Shown: piece after piece, positions 37,092-48,103 of the stretch
Numbering within the stretch: position 1 is the first letter of the stretch
Layout of the letters: each line of letters starts with the position of its first letter
Origin: Zootoca vivipara
Taxonomy: Eukaryota
Assembly: GCF_963506605.1 (NCBI RefSeq)
Contig: NC_083277.1
Coordinates: 6,200,001 to 6,264,000, forward strand
Direction: 5' to 3'
DNA length: 64,000 bases
Program-made: the position numbers and the translations under genes
The notes under the pieces: generated by a model
What the model saw: only the letters and a program-made list of their open reading frames with translations
Databases searched by the model: none
Told to the model about the DNA's origin: nothing

Positions 37092-37960
37092 CTAGCTGGC
37101 CCGGCCACGTGTTGCTGTGGCTCATCCCTGTATTTTCCCCCCACCCTGCCCCAATCCATGACGTAGCCTGTCTCCCTGCCCCACCCCCAGCTCATCCCCA
37201 GAGAGCCAGTGTGGTGTAGTGGTTAAGAGCGCTAGACTCGTAATCTGGGGAGCCGGGTTCGTGTCTCCGCTCCTCCACATGCAGCTGCTGGGTGACCTTG
37301 GGCTAGTCACACTTCTCTGAAGTCTCTCAGCCCCACCCACCTCTCAGGGTGTCTGTTGTGGGGGAGGAGGGGAAAGGAGATTGTTAGCCGCTTTGAGACT
37401 CCTTCGGGTAGTGATAAAGCGGGATATCAAATCCAAAACTCTCACTCATCCCTGTGATTTCCCCCACCCTGTCCTGACACATGACCTATTCCACCTCCTC
37501 CCCCTCCCCTCCCGGTTCATCCCTGTGATTCCCTCCACCCTGTCCCGACCCATGACTTATTCCGTCCCCTCCTCCCCCCAACACCCACCCATGCGAGTCC
37601 CCACCTCCATTCGGCCTAGTTCGGCCTTATCTGTAAAGGCGAGCTGAGGTGCTGTGGAGAGGGAAGGTTTTCTAGCTGCAGTACCAGTGTAGCCACCGAT
37701 AGAGGGCGAAGGTTTTCTAGCTGGGAAAGGATATGGCGTCTGTTCCCTTATTGTCCAGTGGAGGGCGCTATGTGTGTTTTTTAATAGAAAATTCAATTTT
37801 TACCTGCCAAATGTTTGGCATGTGTGGAATCTAAGGTTATGTTGGCACTCGCGTAATGGTACTAGACACTGTGTCCAAATTTGAACACAATTGGTCAAGC
37901 AGTTTCCGAGAAAAGTGGAAAGTCCCAAACATGGACCCTTTACATTTTTATATATATAGA
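37092..37960 (-). mobile_element. Non-autonomous Helitron, family A (copy 3)
   Basis: TCTATATATATAAAAATG 5' end, hairpin + CTAG 3' end, A|T target. Confidence 0.9.
37200..37444 (+). mobile_element. tRNA-derived SINE (Squam3-like) nested in Helitron copy 3
   Basis: A-box TGGTGTAGTGG, B-box-like GGTTCG, MIR/CORE-like GTGACCTTGGGC; CTCATCCC duplicated on both sides. Confidence 0.7.
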
Positions 37961-38989
37961 TGTACCCGCAGTCATAATAATCAAGTCGTTCTCCCTTCAA
38001 GGTCACTCAAATGCTAGCATAGATAGCATACCCTTACTGTATTTTTGGACATACATCTTATATCTATCCCACTTTTCCATAATTTTTTGTTTGGAGTTAC
38101 CTCTCAACCTCTCAGACTATTTGTCAACTGCGCCATTTTGGCAAAATCTTGTAGCTTGTTTTGAACTCTATTAGGGTTGGGACCTCCTCTTCCTTCCATC
38201 TTTTTGCTACCAAGATCCGTGCTGCTGCCGTTGCATATAGAAATATCTCTCGTAAATTATTTGGGATGTCTTTGCCAAGAATACTTAATAGAAATGCCTC
38301 CGGTTTTTTAAGAAAGGTAATTCCAAACATTTTTTTCAACTCTTCGTAAAGTAAGCCCCAGAACATTTTGATCTTCCTACACGTCCACCACATGTGGTAC
38401 ATATTCACCCCATACCTCCAGCAATTATTTGCAAGATTTCTGTACATCTTAGATAATCTTGAGGGGGTGAGATACCCATCTGTGCTGCCTCTTTGACATG
38501 TTCTCCTTGATACTATATCTCGCCGTAAATTTCATACTGATTCTCCAAAGACTCTCCCGTTCAGACACCATTATTGGACGGCCAATATCCTATGCCCACC
38601 TAATCATTGTACTTTTCACTTGTACTGACTTCCCATTCAAGGAGTAGGTGGTAAACTTTTGAAATTATATTAGATTTGTTATTTATCAATTCTGTTTCCC
38701 ATTTTGAAAGTTCTTTATCAAATCCAGTATTTTTATCTTGTTTAAATATTTCGTTAATTTGGTGGTATTCCAACCAGCCAGAGTTGGTCCTTTATTTCCT
38801 CATACTTTCTTAATTTAATTTCTCTCTCCTCCTCTACCAGTAATGCATTGTATGTTAGCCAGTTTCCCTTCATATTCATCTGCTTCCATCGGTGACATCC
38901 ATCTTGGGATCTTTGGTTCTAAAGGCTTCTATATTTTTCCCATGTTTTGACAACACATTTCTTATTATATGGTTTGTAAAGTTCTTATG

Positions 38990-39410
38990 CCTGTTGTCTT
39001 TGTCCATGGAGTGGCTTGCCAGTTCCTTCTCCAGGTGGATCACGTTTAGTCAAAACTCTCCACTATGACCTGTCCATCTTGGGTGGCCCTGCATGGCATA
39101 GCTCATAGCTTCTCTGAGTTATTCAAGCCCCTTCGCCACAACAAGGCATTGATCCATGAAGGGAATACTTCCAATACTTTGGCCACCTCATGAGAAGAGA
39201 AGACTCCCTGGAAAAGACCCTGATGTTGGGAAAGATTGAGGGCACAAGGAGAAGGGGATGACAGAGGACGAGATGGTTGGACAGTGTTCTCGAAGCTACG
39301 AACATGAGTTTGACCAAACCGAGGGAGGCAGTGCAAGACAGGAGTGCCTGGCGTGCTCTGGTCCATGGGGTCACGAAGAGTCGGACACAACTAAACGACT
39401 AAACAGCAAC
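38990..39410 (+). mobile_element. BovB insertion: inverted 5'UTR piece joined to sense 3' end
   Basis: 12-bp TSD AAAGTTCTTATG (38978-38989, 39411-39422). Confidence 0.8.
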
Positions 39411-39927
39411 AAAGTTCTTATGTACTCTATGCTTCCCATAGTTTAAATAGGCATGCCACCCTTACTTTCTTAATTTAATTTATCATGTCCTTCTAAGTCT
39501 AATACATCGGTGTTGGTTAAAGTATACCAGTCCTTCATCCATGAACAGCAAGTATTATGGTTTTGGTGTATACTCTAGTGCCCAGTCTTTTCAGTATTTT
39601 TAATAAAGTTTCACAACTATGATGCCAGTCGTTCAGATTGTGAATGTATGGCAATAACTTTTTTTCATTGTGGAGGGTGGAAAGTGCTGTAGAGATAAAG
39701 GAACACTTCCTACATATAAACAAAAAATAAAAAAACTCATACCAATGCACACGAAAGCTCATACCAATGACAAACTTAGTTGGTTACTAGACAAACTGCT
39801 ACTAGAAGGAATTTTTTTGTTTTTTATTTCGCCTACGGCAGACCAACACGGCTACCTACCTGTAACAACAAACTCAAACAGGTTGAAATATTTTCAGTAT
39901 GTTGAAAGAGCTTTAGTCAACACCTTA

Positions 39928-40291
39928 AAGGTAAAGGGACCCCTGACCATTAGGTCCAGTTGCGGACAACTCTGCAGTTGCGGCGCTCATCTCGCTTTAC
40001 TGGCCAAGGGAGCTGACATTTGTCTGCAGACAGTTTTTCCGGGTCATGTGGCCAGCATGAGAAAGCCACTTCTGGCGAAACCAGAGCAGCGCACAGAAAC
40101 GCCGTTTACCTTCCCGCTTGGAGCGGTACCTATTTATCTACTTGCACTTTGACGTGCTTTCAAACTGCTAGGTTGGGAGGAGCTGGGACCGAGCAACGGG
40201 AGCTCACCCCGTCGCGGGGATTCGAACCGCCGACCTTCTGATCTGCAAGTCCTAGGCTCAGTGGTTTAGACCACAGCGCCACCCGCATCTC
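39928..40291 (-). mobile_element. Full-length Sauria SINE
   Basis: 14-bp TSD TAGTCAACACCTTA (39914-39927, 40292-40305). Confidence 0.92.
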
Positions 40292-41290
40292 TAGTCAACA
40301 CCTTACTTTAAAAAAAATATTAAGGATTTTCTTGGTTTACAAAGGTAGTACAATGTATCGTATTTTTTCTCATGTATCGTTTTTACACATTAATCTTGAA
40401 TTTTGAGACATTAGGAAGAAAGGGGGGAGGTGGGTGGGGTGCCGGTGTTTCTATTTTCCTTGGTATGTGTAGGGGTTCAGTGTCAGCGTTGATTGTGCAG
40501 GTTCTCTGTTGTTCGCTTGTGCTCCTTTGCTGGTGAGAGAGGTCGGGGGTTGGCGTAGGATGCGCTTGTTCACTATACCTGAAAAAGCCTGCCCGGGGGG
40601 GGGGGGGACCACTATGGAAATGTACAGAGTCTGGAAAAAGCATCAGCCAGAGTCAATGCTTTGCAAAGAACCATTTCAAAGTATCAAAGATTAAGATGAT
40701 CATGACAGTGAGAAGAAAAAGGAGGGCAAACTTGATGACCAATAGGTTTTTTGCTACAACCCTTTTAGTGCTTGAGATTCATGCAACTGCAGCTGCTGAA
40801 ATAAAAACTGAACTTGCTTTCATGGCATGCCTGATCACCGATAAAGAACAAATTGCCCACCCTTTGTTAGAAATCCTAGCTTCCAAAGTTTTGAATGTGC
40901 ACCCTGTCTGCATTCTGGAAGCACCTTAGCAACGCAGCCCCTGCTTTTTGATCTTCCTCCACAAAGCAGCTTCTTTATTCATTGCTCCTTGTTTGAAAGG
41001 GGGAAGTGGCTGATTTCATTTGTAAGATTTCTCACCTGCTTTTAAGGACATAAGAAGAACTCTGTCCCATGGCTCACCTGGCCCGGGAATTTGCTCTCAC
41101 AACGGCCAAGCAGGTGCTTCAGTGGGGAGCCCACAAGCAAGACCTGAACGCAACAGCCACTCTCCCCACTTGTGATTCTCACCAAATTTAGAGCCATTTA
41201 GAGCCTTCCTGCATGAACTTGCACTGCAGCAGTTATGCAAGCTGTTTCTTCTGTTTTTATGATGTGCATTTGTATTTGTTTATTCTACTA

Positions 41291-43450
41291 CAGTGGTATC
41301 TCAGGTTAAGAACACCCCAGGTTACGAATTTCTGGGTTATGCACATTTTTAACCCGGAAGTGGGTGTTCCAGCTTGCAAAATTATTTTGGGATGTGAAAG
41401 AGATCTCCGAGGCCTTTAGCAAAGTGGGCGGCACCTGGCCAAGTAAGCCCACCCACCCCGTGGGAGGGGGGAGAGGAACATTTTGGGATTCTGCAAGGCA
41501 TTTTGGGATTTGTTTATGTGACTCTGCCATGTGCCTTTGTCTCTGCTTTGCTCCTTCGTTTGGGGGACTCTGCCTTCTGCCATTGTTTTGGGGATTGTGT
41601 GGAGCCCAGTTCAGCTTCCTGAATCTGCCGACATGAAGCAAAGCAGCAAAGCCAAGAGAACCGTGATAACTGTTGAGGTAAAGAAGAAAATTATTTCCAA
41701 ATATGAAAGTGGGTTCCGTGTAAGTGATCTGGCAAGGCAGTTTGGGATGCCCAAATCTACAGTTAGTACCATCTTAAAAAATAAGGATGCTATTAAGGGG
41801 GCCAGGGTTGCAAAGGGTGTTTCAACACTCAAGCAACGAACACAGACAATGGAAGAAATGGAAAAAATGCTTTTAATTTGGATAACTGGGAAACAGGAGG
41901 CCGGTGACAGCATTCCTGTGAGCATAATTTGTGAAAAAGCTTTACAGTTGCATGCTGACCTCATCGCAAACTCCCCTGGAGCAAGTGCTGAGGTTGAGAG
42001 TTTCAAGGCAAGCCATGGGTGGTTTGAAAGATTTAAGAAGAGAACTGGCATCCACAGTGTTGGGAGACCTGGTGAAGATGCCAGTGGCAACAAATTGGAT
42101 GCTGACCAATTTGTTTTGGAGTTCAAAGATTATGTTGAGTCGCAGGGCTTAGTTCCCCAGCAAGTTTTCAACTGTGGCGAGACAGGCCTCTTTTGGAAGA
42201 AAATGCCAAAGAGGACCTACATCACAAAAGAGGAGGAAGCATTGCCAGGACACAACAAGCCCATGAAAGACAGGCTAACCCTTTTATTATGTGTGAATGC
42301 AAGTGGAGATTTTAAGTTGAAGCCTTTGCTAGTCTCCCATTCTGAGAACCCCATGACATTTAAGAAAAACAAGGTCATAAAAAGCAATTTGCATGTGATG
42401 TGGAGGGTGAACAGCAGAGCTTTGGTAACCAGGCAATTTTTTATTGAGTGGGTTCACAAAGTGTTTGGGCCAAGTGTGAAAAAATACCTCCAGGACAAAA
42501 ACCTTCCAATGAAGTGCCTGCTTGTTATGGATAATGCTCCAGCCCACCCTCCAGGATTGGCGGAAGAGCTGATGGAAGAATTCAATTTTATCAGTGTAAA
42601 GTTTTTGCCCCCCAACGCAACTCCCCTCATCCAGCCCATGGACCAGCAGGTCATATCAAATTTTAAGAAGCTTTACACCAAAGCACTGTTCCAAAAGTGC
42701 TTTGAGGTGACCTCAGACACAGACCTAACCCTAAGAGAGTTTTGGAAGAATCATTTCATTATCCTCCATTGCTTTCATATGATAGACAAAGCATGGAGGG
42801 ATGTGACTCAGAGAACACTGAAGGCAGCATGGAAGAAATTGTGGCCAGAAGCTGTCCCAGAACATGGAACGGAGGCTGTTGAAGAGGATGCTCCTATTGT
42901 TGAGGATATTGTCTCTCTGGCAAATTCCATGGGCTTGGAAGTGAGTTGTTCTGATGTGGAGGAGTTAGTGGAGGAGCAGAGGACTGAGCTCACCACAGAA
43001 GAACTTCAATACATTCTGACGGAGCAGCAAAAGGTGGCAACTGAGGAAATATCTTCAGAGGAGGAGGAGAGCAGAGAAAGTGCACCTACAGCAACAATCG
43101 AAGAACTGCTTGCAAAATGGGCTGAAGTGCAAGCTATTGCTGAAAAATATCACCCGGATAAAGCTGCTCTAAGTCAGGCCGCTAACACCTACAATGATAA
43201 CGTAATCTCTCACTTTAGGCTAATCTTAAAACAACGACAAAAGCAAGTCTCAATTGATAAAAGTTTGGTAAGGAAAAGACCCAGTGAGTCTGAACCAGGC
43301 GGCAGTGGTGTAAAGGGAAGGAATGGCAGGAGAGGAGTCACCAATTTTGAATGTGGAAGAGGACCCCAACCCCCCATCCAAACAATGACTATCATCAGTG
43401 CAGGTAAGAAAAAAATTACATTTTCATTTTCTAAAAATCATCTAAGCATC
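41291..43450 (+). mobile_element. Tigger/pogo DNA transposon remnant (left TIR present, right TIR not seen)
   Basis: TA|CAGTGGTATCTCAGGTTAAGAAC left TIR; 3' side runs into an L1 fragment. Confidence 0.85.
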
Positions 43451-43468
43451 ATCAGGATGCTTAGATGA
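41633..43468 (+). CDS. TIGD1-like pogo transposase (CENP-B N-terminal HTH, HTH_Tnp_Tc5, DDE_1), first catalytic Asp replaced by Gly; candidate domesticated exon 41610-43403
   Basis: ITVEVKKKII..SDLARQFGMPKSTVSTIL; FKASHGWFERFKKR; VFNCGETGLFWK; LVMDNAPAH; IQPMDQ. Confidence 0.88.
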   Translation: MKQSSKAKRTVITVEVKKKIISKYESGFRVSDLARQFGMPKSTVSTILKNKDAIKGARVAKGVSTLKQRTQTMEEMEKMLLIWITGKQEAGDSIPVSIICEKALQLHADLIANSPGASAEVESFKASHGWFERFKKRTGIHSVGRPGEDASGNKLDADQFVLEFKDYVESQGLVPQQVFNCGETGLFWKKMPKRTYITKEEEALPGHNKPMKDRLTLLLCVNASGDFKLKPLLVSHSENPMTFKKNKVIKSNLHVMWRVNSRALVTRQFFIEWVHKVFGPSVKKYLQDKNLPMKCLLVMDNAPAHPPGLAEELMEEFNFISVKFLPPNATPLIQPMDQQVISNFKKLYTKALFQKCFEVTSDTDLTLREFWKNHFIILHCFHMIDKAWRDVTQRTLKAAWKKLWPEAVPEHGTEAVEEDAPIVEDIVSLANSMGLEVSCSDVEELVEEQRTELTTEELQYILTEQQKVATEEISSEEEESRESAPTATIEELLAKWAEVQAIAEKYHPDKAALSQAANTYNDNVISHFRLILKQRQKQVSIDKSLVRKRPSESEPGGSGVKGRNGRRGVTNFECGRGPQPPIQTMTIISAGKKKITFSFSKNHLSIIRMLR

Positions 43469-43860
43469 GATGGCCAAGAGATGGAAAGAAGATAAAGTCC
43501 CTACCAGAGAAGAATGGCAGATCAAGTTGATGGATTATTATGCCGAAATAGCTAAAATGACCGGAAGAATCAGAAATCAGGAAGACAAAAATTTTAATAA
43601 GGATTGGGGAAATTTTACAATTTATCTTAAAAACCATTGTAAACCGTTAAAATAGTTTAGTAGGATTGGAATAACACTTGTAGTTTAATGGTGAATTTTG
43701 GACACAATGGAGAGGTAAAAGATTTGGATTATCATAAAAGATGCAGGAGAAAATGATCAACAATAGGACCCACAAAGGAAAGGAGGGAAGTCCAGGAGAT
43801 TTTTTTGGAATCTTGTTTCTGTCTTGTACAGTATGTTGGATATGACTGTAAAATTTTAAT
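43465..43860 (+). mobile_element. L1-clade LINE 3' end
   Basis: AKRWKEDKVPTREEWQIKLMDY.AE.AKMT..IRN..F.KDW peptide then 3'UTR. Confidence 0.8.
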
Positions 43861-44499
43861 CTGAAATGGATCCTATAGCTCTGATCCAGCAGGTTTTTCT
43901 CCTTATATCCAACTAGCTGGACTTTTTAAAAAAGTAAGATTATGCTAGCTGGAAATTTGGGATCATGGCCTCAAGAACTGGTGGCCCCAGGCATAAGAGC
44001 CCAGTTGTCAGAACTTGATTTTGGGAGCCCCATGGGACAGAAATAACTAAGCTGGCTGTTATGTTCAATATCTGGGCATTCTCACTTTGGACCAGCCAAC
44101 CCAAGATGGCCACTCCCTCCAAATGAGACAAACACACCCACCCTTTTTTTTCAAAAGCCTGTTGCAGGACAAGGCAAAAGCGTGTGGCTAAAAACTTTGC
44201 TGGGTGGCTTGGGGAAAAGTCCACCCTCCTCCTCCATGTGTGGTAGACACTCCTTCCTTGGGGTTTTTGAAGCAGAGGTTGGATGGCCATCTGTCAGGGA
44301 TGCTTTAACTGAATTTATTCCTTCATTGCAAGGGGGTTGAGCTAGATGACCCCAGGGTTCCCCTTCTATGATTCTCTGAAATGTTTCTGGGTGCGAGGCA
44401 AAGTGGAAGCAACTTGTCTTTCATTGCCTCTGAACAAAGAGGGAACCAGAGGAGGATCGCTCCCAGCTTCCCCAGAAAAATCAGCGTCCAGGAAGGATC

Positions 44500-44860
44500 C
44501 GGCAGAGGAGTCATTGCTAAAGGCGCGATGGGCGAGGACCACGCGGCTTCTACCACTACGCCCCTTAATGGTTAAACGCACTAAGCTCCGCTTCCTAGAG
44601 GGGCAGGAAGTAGTAACGTTGCGTCGGTGGGGGAAGGTGACGGCGAGCGCACAGGTCTGGCATGGCTTCCGGAAGGGTGACGTTCCGGGCAGAGGTCTGA
44701 AGCTTCGGAGAAAAGGGCCGGGCCAAGGAGGTGAAGGCGCAGCCCCCGGGGGGGGGGCGGGGGCGGGGGCGGGGGCAGTGCTTGGGGGGAGACCCCCCCT
44801 CCACCTCCCTCTCGAAATCCACAGGTTGCGGGGTTGGGGCATGCAACATGGCTGCAAAAA
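44500..44860 (+). promoter_or_regulatory. CpG-island promoter of ZNF-4
   Basis: CpG-rich; ETS sites (CCGGAAG, CAGGAAGT), tandem GGGGCGGGG GC-boxes at 44753-44776, shared motif 44570-44611. Confidence 0.75.
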
Positions 44861-44920
44861 GGGATCCGCCCGCTTTATAGCTGGCTCTGCAAGGCCATCG
44901 TATATGGGGGTTATTATTAT

Positions 44921-45091
44921 CAGTGCTTTTTTCTTTTAAAAATATGTTTAGGGGTACTCTCATTTGACTCAAGAAAATCACCATTCTATAGTTCAAATTG
45001 GGAAAAATAAATACAGTAAATGGACAAAAGTACAGATCCACAAAATGTTTAGCCCATGTGTACACTTGTGTCCCCACAGACAAAAGCACTG
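44921..45091. mobile_element. Short TIR MITE (CAGTGCTTTT...AAAAGCACTG); further copies at ~26412-26530 and 55371-55548
   Basis: Terminal inverted repeats and three homologous copies in the window. Confidence 0.75.
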
Positions 45092-45202
45092 GTTGTTATT
45101 ATTATTATTATTATTAGTCGTATATGGGGGTTGTTGTTGTTGTTATTTAATTCATCATATATGGAGTTATTATTAGTATCATTCATCGTATAGGGGGTAA
45201 TT

Positions 45203-46131
45203 GTTGTTGTTTAGTCGTTTAGTCGTGTCCGACTCTTCGTGACCCCATGGACCATAGCACGCCAGGCACTCCTGTCTTGCACTGCCTCCCGCAGTTTGGT
45301 CAAACTCATGTTCGTAGCTTCGAGAACACTGTCCAACCATCTTGTCCTCTGTCGTCCCCTTCTCCTAGTGCCCTCAATCTTTCCCAACATCAGGGTCTTT
45401 TCCAAGGATTCTTCTCTTCTCATGAGGTGGCCAAAGTATTGGAGCCTCAGCTTCACGATCTGTCCTTCTAGGGAGCACTCAGGGCTGATTTCCTTAAGAA
45501 TGGATAGGTTTGATCTTCTTGCAGTCCATGGGACTCTCAAGAGTCTCCTCCAGCACCATAATTCAAAAGCATCAATTCTTCGGCGATCAGCCTTCTTTAT
45601 GGTCCAGCTCTCACTTCCATACATCACTACTGGGAAAACCATAGCTTTAACTATACGAACCTTTGTCGGCAAGGTGATGTCTCTGCTTTTTAAGATGCTG
45701 TCTAGGTTTGTCATTGCTTTTCTCCCAAGAAGCAGGCGTCTTTTAATTTCGTGACTGCTGTCACCATCTGCAGTGATCAAGGAGCCCAAGAAAGTAAAAT
45801 CTCTCACTGCCTCCATTTCTTCCCCTTCTATTTGCCAGGAGGTGATGGAACCAGTGGCCATGATCTTGGTTTTTTTGATGTTGAGCTTCAGGCCATATTT
45901 TGCGCTCTCCTCTTTCACCCTCATTAAAAGGTTCTTTAATTCCTCCTCACTTTCTGCCATCAAGGTTGTGTCATCTGCATATCTGAGGTTGTTGATATTT
46001 CTTCCGGCAATCTTAATTCCGGCTTGGGATTCATCTAGTCCAGCCTTTCGCATGATGAATTCTGCATATAAGTTAAATAAGCAGGGAGACAATATACAAC
46101 CTTGTCGTACTCCTTTCCCAATTTTGAACCA
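45203..46131 (-). mobile_element. 5'-truncated BovB (RTE) LINE with uninterrupted RT C-terminal ORF
   Basis: LRYADD motif, 293-aa open frame, (CAA)n tail, 13-bp TSD ATAGGGGGTAATT (45190-45202, 46132-46144). Confidence 0.95.
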
Positions 46132-46179
46132 ATAGGGGGTAATTAGTACAGTATTATTGTTGTATATGGGGGTTATGGA

Positions 46180-46514
46180 CTATGCGGGTGGCGCTGGGGG
46201 TTAAACCACAGAGCCTAGGGTCGGCAGTTCGAATCCCTGCAATGGAGTAAGCTCCCGTTGCTCGGTCCCAGCTCCTGCCAACCTAGCAGTTCGAAAGCAT
46301 GTCAAAGTGCATTTAGAAAAATAGGTACCGCTCCAGCGGGAAGATAAACGGCGTTTCTGTGTGCTGCTCTGGTTCGCCAGAAGCGGCTTAGTCATGCTGG
46401 TCACATGACCTGGAAGCTGTAAGCCGGCTCCCTCAGCCAGTAAAGCAAGATGAGCGCAGCAACCCCAGAGTCGGTCATGACTGGACCTAATGGTCAGGGG
46501 TCCCTTTACCTTTT
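46180..46514 (+). mobile_element. Sauria SINE
   Basis: Homologous to the 1813 copy; CCCTTTACCTTT tail. Confidence 0.9.
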
Positions 46515-47387
46515 GGGGGGTTATTATTAGTTCTATTAGTAGTATTAGTATCATCATCATAGAATCATACTATTGTAGAGTTAGAAGGGAAAGGGGGGCA
46601 AGGCATGGGGAGCTCAGCAGAGCTCAGTTGGCAGCACCAATCATACAATTAGAAGGAACGCCAGAGGTCCTCTAATCCAGCCCCCTGCAATGCAGGAATC
46701 TCTGCTAAAGCATCCATGGTTGGTGGCCCTCCAGCCTCTGCTTGGCAATCTCCAAGGAAGGAGAGCCCACCTCCTCCCGAGGGAGACAGTTCCACTGATG
46801 AACATCTCTTACTGTCAGAATTTTTTCCGTATGTCTGGTTGGAATTTTCTTTCTTGTAACTTGAAGCCATTGGCTTGAGTCCTACCTTTCAGAGCAGGAG
46901 AAAACTTGCTCCCTCTTCCATGTGACAGTTCTTCGAATATTTGAAGACAGCTACCCTGTCTCCTCTCAGTCTCCACTTCTCCAGGCTAAACATACCCAGC
47001 TCCCTCAACCATTCCTCATAAGGCTTCGTTTCTAGACCCTTGATCATCTTGGTGGCTCTCCTCTGCACACCTTCCAGTTTAACTATATCCTTCTAATGTT
47101 GTGGCGCCCAGAACTACTATTATATTTATTTATATCCCACCTTTTCCTCAGACTACATACAAAATATAATGGAAAATTAGTTAATAATATTTCTAACAAA
47201 TGAGAAAAAAATAGCATAAGCTGAAGGGGAAAAAATAGGATAAGCTGAAGGAAAAAGGGATTGACAATGGAAAACCAGGGAAGGATGATGGGAAGTCAAG
47301 GGATTTTACCTTTACCTTTTACCTCCACCAGGGCTCCTCTTATCTTCAGAAATCCCCTTGTTTACATCTCTTCTGTCTCCTCCCCAG

Positions 47388-47470
47388 GCAACACAATGGC
47401 ATCAAAGGCACCTCCAGGATCCTACCTCCTTTGGGGTAGAGCAGAAAGAACAGCTGTGCAGCCATCTCAG
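47388..47470 (+). CDS. ZNF-4 pre-KRAB linker exon (GNTMASKAPPGSYLLWGRAERTAVQPSQ), ATG at 47396
   Basis: 83 nt, strong acceptor, CAG|gtaagt, phase 1-0. Confidence 0.85.
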
Positions 47471-48019
47471 GTAAGTTAGGGACCACCTGGGAGAGATGCT
47501 AGGGGTAGGCCTGGACACCTCCGTTCTGTCTCACTATGCTGCGGGAGGGGGGGGGGGGACTGAATAACATTCCCCTTTCTTCTTGATGCCCAAAGATATG
47601 AAGATGATCAAGAGAGAAGTCTGTGGAAATGACTTTTCCTGCGGGTCTTGAATCTAGTAAAAAGGAAGAAAAAAAATAGTAAGGCGAAAGCAAAGCTGAT
47701 TTGTTTAATTTGTACGCCACCTTTGTATGTTGAGAAATCTTTAAGCCGTTTACATAGCAGATACCAATGGGTGGTTTTCAATTATCTCATTCCGTCAGCT
47801 CAGGGATTACTGCTAGTGTGGTAGGATGCCACCCTGCTCATGTGCTGCCCACTCTCCATATGTGCTCCAGAGGGTTGGGAGACCCCTAGTACAGAATTTT
47901 TGGGGGTGGGGGGAGATGGGGGGAATTGCATTGCACCAAAAGAAATCCCTGTGCTGATGGAATGAGTGCCTTAGCACTATGTTAAATGCAACCATATATA
48001 CATTTATATACAAATACAA

Positions 48020-48020
<1 letters not shown>

Positions 48021-48100
<80 letters not shown>
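48021..48100. repeat. (CA)n(TA)n microsatellite
   Basis: Directly visible. Confidence 0.95.

Positions 48101-48103
<3 letters not shown>

Larger units (their letters stand above)
36820..39560 (-). mobile_element. L1-clade LINE 3' portion (degraded ORF2 C-terminus + 3'UTR), interrupted by Helitron and BovB
   Basis: YHMWWTC..KPEAFLL..LYATAAARILVAKRWK peptide (38124-38447). Confidence 0.75.

Noticed and set aside
41291-41420. TIR-derived acceptor (ctacag|41294) as the fusion point for KRAB exons
   Set aside because: Phase-0 and phase-1 readings both hit stops before the transposase ATG, and an in-frame TGA lies at 41519; it could only serve a 5'UTR splice.
41633-43468. Active autonomous transposon
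   Set aside because: No right TIR is visible and the first catalytic Asp is Gly.
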